DNA of 26,787 nt from Octopus sinensis (lineage: Eukaryota): NCBI RefSeq assembly GCF_006345805.1, contig NW_021834715.1, positions 1-26,787 on the forward strand, read 5' to 3'. The notes below the pieces were generated by a model. That model saw only the letters and a list, made by a program, of their open reading frames with translations. It did not search any database and was not told the origin of the DNA. Positions 21,644-26,787 of this stretch are shown piece after piece; within the stretch, counting starts at the first letter, position 1; each line of letters starts with the position of its first letter. The translations under genes and the position numbers were made by a program.

Positions 21644-21817
21644 CACCATGTCACGCACATATGGTTGTGATGCATGTGCCTGGTGTACCCTTATCAGACG
21701 GGTAGATGATGGGTATACTGGGCTTCGTATATTTTACCACAGTGTCACTTTGATGGCATGCTCTGCTCTCTCACTCAATAATAATAATAATAATAATAAT
21801 ATAATAATAATAATAAT
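21644..21817 (+). mobile_element. 5'-truncated family D copy with (AAT)n tail
   Basis: Matches the 3' end of 8961-9457. Confidence 0.75.
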
Positions 21818-21839
21818 AGCATTTTCTTTATTCTCTTCA

Positions 21840-22480
21840 AGTTCGTCAACTTCTTGCTAATCTTTGCTCCTGTCATCGCTTCGTACTCCCTTGAGACAGT
21901 ACCGACCACTTCGATTTCCGAGATGTCCGCCGCTTGTCGTCGCATAAGTCGACACGAACCTTCCGCATCCTCGTTCACGCGGGATGCTCCTGGAAACAGC
22001 CAACTTCCTTAGCAATGACTTGAGAGCCAGCACATACAAAGGGAGCGAGAGTAGGCATCCTTGAAGGACCGAACGTTCGATGGTAAACGATTCCGATAGG
22101 TGGCCACTTACTTTGATCGCCGGAAAGATATCACTGTACATTGCAGCGATCCAGCCTCTGAAAATAGGACCGAACCCACCCGCCGTGAGGACAGTCTTTC
22201 AGTATTGATGATCAACACTATGAAAAGCTTTTGATTGATCCAAATTGACCAGAGCCCCACCCATGCCACGTTCCTTCCCTATCTTCTTTATGATGTAGCG
22301 CGCGAGGTGAAAGTTGTTGTGGATAGCGCATGTCTCTGCGTCACCGACGAGCTTATCGACTACAAGCGCCAACCTCTTCGCTAACACCTAAAATCTTATA
22401 ACCTGCATTCGTCAGAGTTATGGGCCTAAAATTGTCTATTTGGTCCTCCTTGTTCATGTCCTTTCTCAGCAGCACCACCG
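21840..22480 (-). pseudogene. Tx1/L1-like LINE reverse transcriptase fragment
   Basis: NFRPITLTNAGYKI, LAKRLALVVDKL, LVNLDQSKAFHSVDHQY, RSVLQGCLLSLPLYVLALKSLLRKL, YEAMTGAKI; frameshifted; same family as 16930-17338. Confidence 0.88.
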
Positions 22481-22562
22481 CGCACGGCTAACAGCACTGT
22501 GTATGCATCTGTTTAGCTGCCAGTTTTCCTCTCTTCATTTTCTCTCCTCATTCCTTTCTTAT

Positions 22563-22790
22563 TTCTTTACTACCCACAAGGGGCTAAATACAGAGGGGAC
22601 AAACAAGGACAGACAAACGGATTAAGTCGATTATATCGACTCCAGTACGTAACTGGTACTTATTTAATCGACCCGAAAGGATGAATGGCAAAGTCGACCT
22701 CGGTGGAATTTGAACTCAGAATGTAGCGGTAGGCGAAATACCGCTAAGCATTTCGTCCGGCGTGCTAACGTTTCTGCCAGCTCGCCGCCT
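22563..22790 (-). mobile_element. SINE family B variant with a different 3' tail
   Basis: Head and box motifs shared with the other B copies; tail ...TTTAGCCCCTTGTGGGTAGTAAAGAA. Confidence 0.8.
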
Positions 22791-22802
22791 CCTCCTCATT
22801 CC

Positions 22803-22836
22803 TTTCTGTCGAAAAGCACAAGCTCGAAACGTCAAA
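22803..22836 (+). ncRNA. Degenerate minimal hammerhead related to the 14294 motif
   Basis: TTT-CTGTCGA-A-AAGC-acaa-GCTC-GAAA-CG-TC-AAA. A6>U and G10.1>A changes; GUC triplet; host repeat ends at a microsatellite about 22930. Confidence 0.55.
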
Positions 22837-22956
22837 ACTTCTCCATCTTTTTCTGGGCATCAAACTAATACACCTTGTTTGTTGTTCTCTCTCATGTCTA
22901 TGCATTTTGTGTTTTTTATACTTGAACTATACATACATATGTATGTGTGTATTGTA

Positions 22957-22990
<34 letters not shown>

Positions 22991-23043
22991 TCTCTATATA
23001 TATATATATATATACTATATATATATATATATATATATAATAT

Positions 23044-23405
23044 ACAAAATGGGACAAGAACGAAACATCGGACAGCTAGGTGATACAAGAAGGAACAACA
23101 AAACATCCAGATAGACGATACAAAGGAAACAAGGACGGGTCATTCGAAGTTTTCTTTTCTCACTCAAGTACCAGATTATCCTCGCAATTTCGGCTGATTA
23201 TTTTTGAGATTGCTCCAATCTGGTCAGCCCCAAGGGAAAACTAAGGTAAGAGCATTATATTCCTTAGAAGAAAGCAGCGAATGTATACAAAAAACAAGGA
23301 CGGAAAAACGGGCATAGATACACAAATATAAAAACAATAATAAATACAATAAAAATAATAACAGGACATAACAACAGGTGTCTTTCGACTAAGGACGAAT
23401 TGAAT
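23044..23405 (-). mobile_element. Unclassified interspersed repeat abutting (TA)n
   Basis: Its end 23356-23405 is an exact 50-nt reverse complement of 19690-19739; bounded by (TA)n at 23043. Confidence 0.55.
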
Positions 23406-24029
23406 TAAGCTAGCGCGTGTGGAAATGAAGCCCTACGGCAGAGATACAAAGATTTCACAAACACAGAGAAGAATATCGACGTTGCAAGGACAATGCAAGT
23501 TTAGGGAATGAAATAAATAAAATACAGGCTACATCTTTCATAGCTAGCAGAACCACAGAAGCAATAGTCACCCAAACAAGGGGTAATCTGCTAGCTACTT
23601 GTCAGGCCAAAGATACCTTAGTCAAACGAAGATTACATTGTAGCCACTCGCAGGAGATATGATGTATGTATGTATTATGTAATTAAGAATTTATGTATGT
23701 GTGTATGTATGTACATATGTATGTATGTATGTATGCATGCATGTATGTATGTACGTACGTATGTTTCTTCTATTTTTTTTTATTTTTTATAAATCTTCGA
23801 CTGAGGAGGGAGCCGGTTACCAACAAAGATAAAAGGATCCATCTTTAGGATGTAGTTAGCAAAAACAAATTCACATTTGGAACTTGAGAAAAATCTTGCA
23901 TATTTTTACTTTTCCACTCACAGATTGCTCTTGTGATGAAAGAATCAACCGGTCGATTTCTCTTTCTGAAAATCCCGGTTTATCCAGATTCTCCTTTCAG
24001 CATTACTAACAAAATCTACTGCTCCAGTT

Positions 24030-24066
<37 letters not shown>

Positions 24067-24231
24067 TCTATTCTATTATTCTATTTGTTCATTTATCTAC
24101 TTTATCACTGATTCTTTTGACCACTCCCCTAGGAAAGACAGTATGTGCCCTGCCTACCCCAAAAAAGTCCCCCACCACCACCCCATTAAATCTGCCTAAA
24201 TGTATAAATGCCAAAACTATTCTTGACACCA

Positions 24232-24282
24232 AGCTTCCTGATGATTTCATTTGAATGAAACAGTTCTAGTCCTGTAGAAGCT
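24232..24282 (+). ncRNA. Type I hammerhead ribozyme with intramolecular stem III
   Basis: AGCTTC-CTGATGA-T-TTC-attt-GAA-T-GAAA-CAG-ttctagtc-CTG-TA-GAAGCT. Core intact, 6-bp stem I, 4-bp stem III, predicted GUA cleavage after A24276; weak stem II with a U-U at 10.1/11.1. Confidence 0.72.
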
Positions 24283-24443
24283 CCTTCTATAAAATAAATT
24301 AATTTACTCTGCTATGTATTGAGTACCTTATTTACTGTGGTTAACCCCGACTCAACCCGGGACCTACATATATATATATATATATATATATATACAACAA
24401 GGCAGCCGACACTAAAAATCTCTAATGAGACTTCTTTATCAAT

Positions 24444-24488
24444 GTACCTGAAGAGACCCAGACTGATGGGTCGAATCATATGCTGTAC
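24444..24488 (+). ncRNA. Degenerate minimal type I hammerhead motif
   Basis: GTAC-CTGAAGA-GACCCA-gactga-TGGGTC-GAAT-CATATG-CT-GTAC. Stems I and II perfect, palindromic CAUAUG; A15.1>U and U16.1>C changes. Confidence 0.62.
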
Positions 24489-24704
24489 CTCATAAAATTC
24501 TAATACGAAATCGATCTCCTATTATTAATTAATATTATTACCTTAACAGCCACTGCGGAGTTCCTGAAGTAGATTCAACGGTAGTGTACCACAACTGCGG
24601 ATGACAACAGGTAGCCTGCACTCTACCGGTGCTCTACCCAACGTTTAAAGACACTAATCGAATTATTTTTTTGTCCAAATTACTTCTTATTATTATAAAT
24701 ATAT

Positions 24705-24869
24705 ATACAACGGCCTTTTTTTCAGTTTCTGCCAACCAAATCCATTCACAAGGCTTTGATCGGACCGAGGCTACAGTACAAGGCACTTGCCCAAAGTGCT
24801 ACACGGTGGGACTGAACCCAGAACCATGTAGCTGGGAAGCAAGTTTCTTTCCACACAGCCACGCCTGCG
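24705..24869 (-). mobile_element. SINE family A 5' half, diverged
   Basis: Reverse complement of the family A head through ...AAACTGAAAAAAAGGCCGTTGTATA. Confidence 0.8.
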
Positions 24870-25015
24870 TCTGTATGTATATACGTATGAAAGTATCTAT
24901 TTAATAGAAATTCAGTAGTGTGATACCACAGGTTTCGTGCTGACGCACATTCGCAGTTATTGAATCGGAGTTTGGATAATACATGATGCCTTCACCATTT
25001 TTACTGACAAGAGTT

Positions 25016-25060
<45 letters not shown>

Positions 25061-25479
25061 GTCGCGAACTCTTGAATTCAATAAGAGAAATTATTTACCG
25101 ACCAATATGGTGCTAGGAGGTCGTTCTTTCAGTTCGTTATTGATATATATGCATGTATGAATGTATGTATCTATGAATGCATGCATATATTTATGCACGA
25201 ACGTATGTATGAGTGCATTAAGACTGTGCGTATATATGCATGCATGCATGTATGTATGAACGTATGTATGCACGTTTCATGTAAAAGTGGAGGAACTGAT
25301 GCCAGAGGGAAGACAAAGGCAAATCATAAAATGAAAAATACTTAAATAAAATATATGAAATGCTTGTTGGTTCATTGGGAAGATTGATCTGAAAAGTTAT
25401 TTTATATTAAGCCAGAAATGGCAAATTTACCAGCTTGATTTTATTTCATTTCTTTTTTGCTATTGTCTATTTTTTATGC

Positions 25480-25535
25480 ATGTGTGTGAGCGAATACTTG
25501 TGTATATGCATATATGTTTGTATGTATGCATATAT

Positions 25536-25577
<42 letters not shown>

Positions 25578-25745
25578 CTGTGTAATCTATACATATATTA
25601 TATGTGTATACATGTATATATATATGTATATATATATGTATATATATATGTATATATATATATATTATATATATATATATATTATAATAGATATATAATA
25701 TATATATACATGTATACACATATAATATATGTATAGATTACACAG

Positions 25746-25786
<41 letters not shown>

Positions 25787-25890
25787 ATATAAATATATAT
25801 ATATATGTACATGTTACATACATACATACAGACAGAATACTAACATACATACATATATACATACATACATACATACATACATATTTGTAT
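25480..25890. repeat. Compound (TA)n/(CA)n/(TACA)n microsatellite
   Basis: Directly visible. Confidence 0.96.
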
Positions 25891-26472
25891 ATTAAATGCT
25901 TGTTTTATTGCCACAAATGAATTGACAGTTTTATAGAGCAAAATCAAAATGAAAGAATGAACAACAGAGCACTTCCTCATATTATTCGCAGTACCAATGC
26001 CGACAACGCCAAACACCGTCGTTACTTTTGTTCTTATTGTTATTACATTTTACCGTTGTTGCACTTATTCCATCACCGCAGCTGACTTTGTTGTTATAAT
26101 CATCCTTTCTTTCTTTTCTTCTTTCTTTCTTTCTCTCTTTCTTTCTTTCTTTTTTCTTTCTTTCTTTCTTTCTGTGTCTTACGTCAGCAGTAAATCAGCC
26201 AATCGTGTGTCTTTTTTTGTTTCATAACCACACATCTTGCTACAGACAACGAAAAATATATATGAGTGCGCGCATCCGCGCGCGTGTGTTGGAGTTTGTG
26301 TGTGTGTTAGATCAAACATGCACAACACACACACACACACATACATACACACTCAAATTGGTGTTACTAAATCCGTGAGTCCAACGAAAGGCGATTGGTT
26401 ATCTCTGACTAGAGTTTGAGTCACTGAAATCTCCATTGGAACAAAGTATTTTTTGTTAAGTTTCATTGCTTT

Positions 26473-26526
<54 letters not shown>

Positions 26527-26787
26527 TGTGTGTGTGTGTGTGTGTATGTGTGTGTGTGTGTATGCATGTGAATATGTACATCACACACATATATACACTT
26601 AGATAGATTTCGACCAATATTGACCAATGCTATGAGTATCTTAACACCGCATTCTGGAATAGCCATTTCATCAATTTTTATGTTACAGCCTTATTCTCGG
26701 CTCCATACCGCACTCGAGTTAAGTTATTGTTTGCAGAGATATATCGGTGGTGTAGGTAGTTTATCGAAGATTTTGTGGGAGAATTGG

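Noticed and set aside
23801-23807. CTGAGGA core after a poly-T tract
   Set aside because: Truncated; no stem II closure or GAAA.
24545-24640. GC-richer island with possible splice sites on either strand
   Set aside because: Weak acceptor or donor in each orientation, stops in most frames, no homology recognised.

Overview
AT-rich, microsatellite-laden metazoan DNA with no recognisable host gene. It is probably an octopus intron or intergenic region; that guess rests on my recognition of the SINE families and the repeat landscape, not on a database search. Almost all ORFs in the supplied track are artefacts of simple repeats. The ordinary content is transposon debris: several SINE families, two R4/Dong-like 3' ends in (TAA)n, two Tx1/L1-like RT fragments, a Tc1 element, a pogo/Tigger element with a nested mariner, a mariner fragment, a non-autonomous Helitron, and a Penelope-like GIY-YIG endonuclease remnant. 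The unusual signal is a dense set of type I hammerhead ribozyme (HHR) motifs read by eye. Six have intact core nucleotides (two pairs in inverted repeats, plus 14294 and 24232), and about eight more are degenerate; they come from several unrelated sequence families. They occur in (i) two fold-back elements with the shared layout (TA)n - hairpin-bearing extension - inverted arm - arm - (TA)n, each arm carrying an outward-reading HHR, one of which splits a SINE at its internal (TA)n; (ii) two roughly 140-bp TA-flanked hairpin mini-elements; and (iii) isolated TA-adjacent copies. HHRs in Penelope-like element termini and retrozymes are established knowledge. Whether these particular fold-back and mini-element families are undescribed, and whether they cleave, needs testing.
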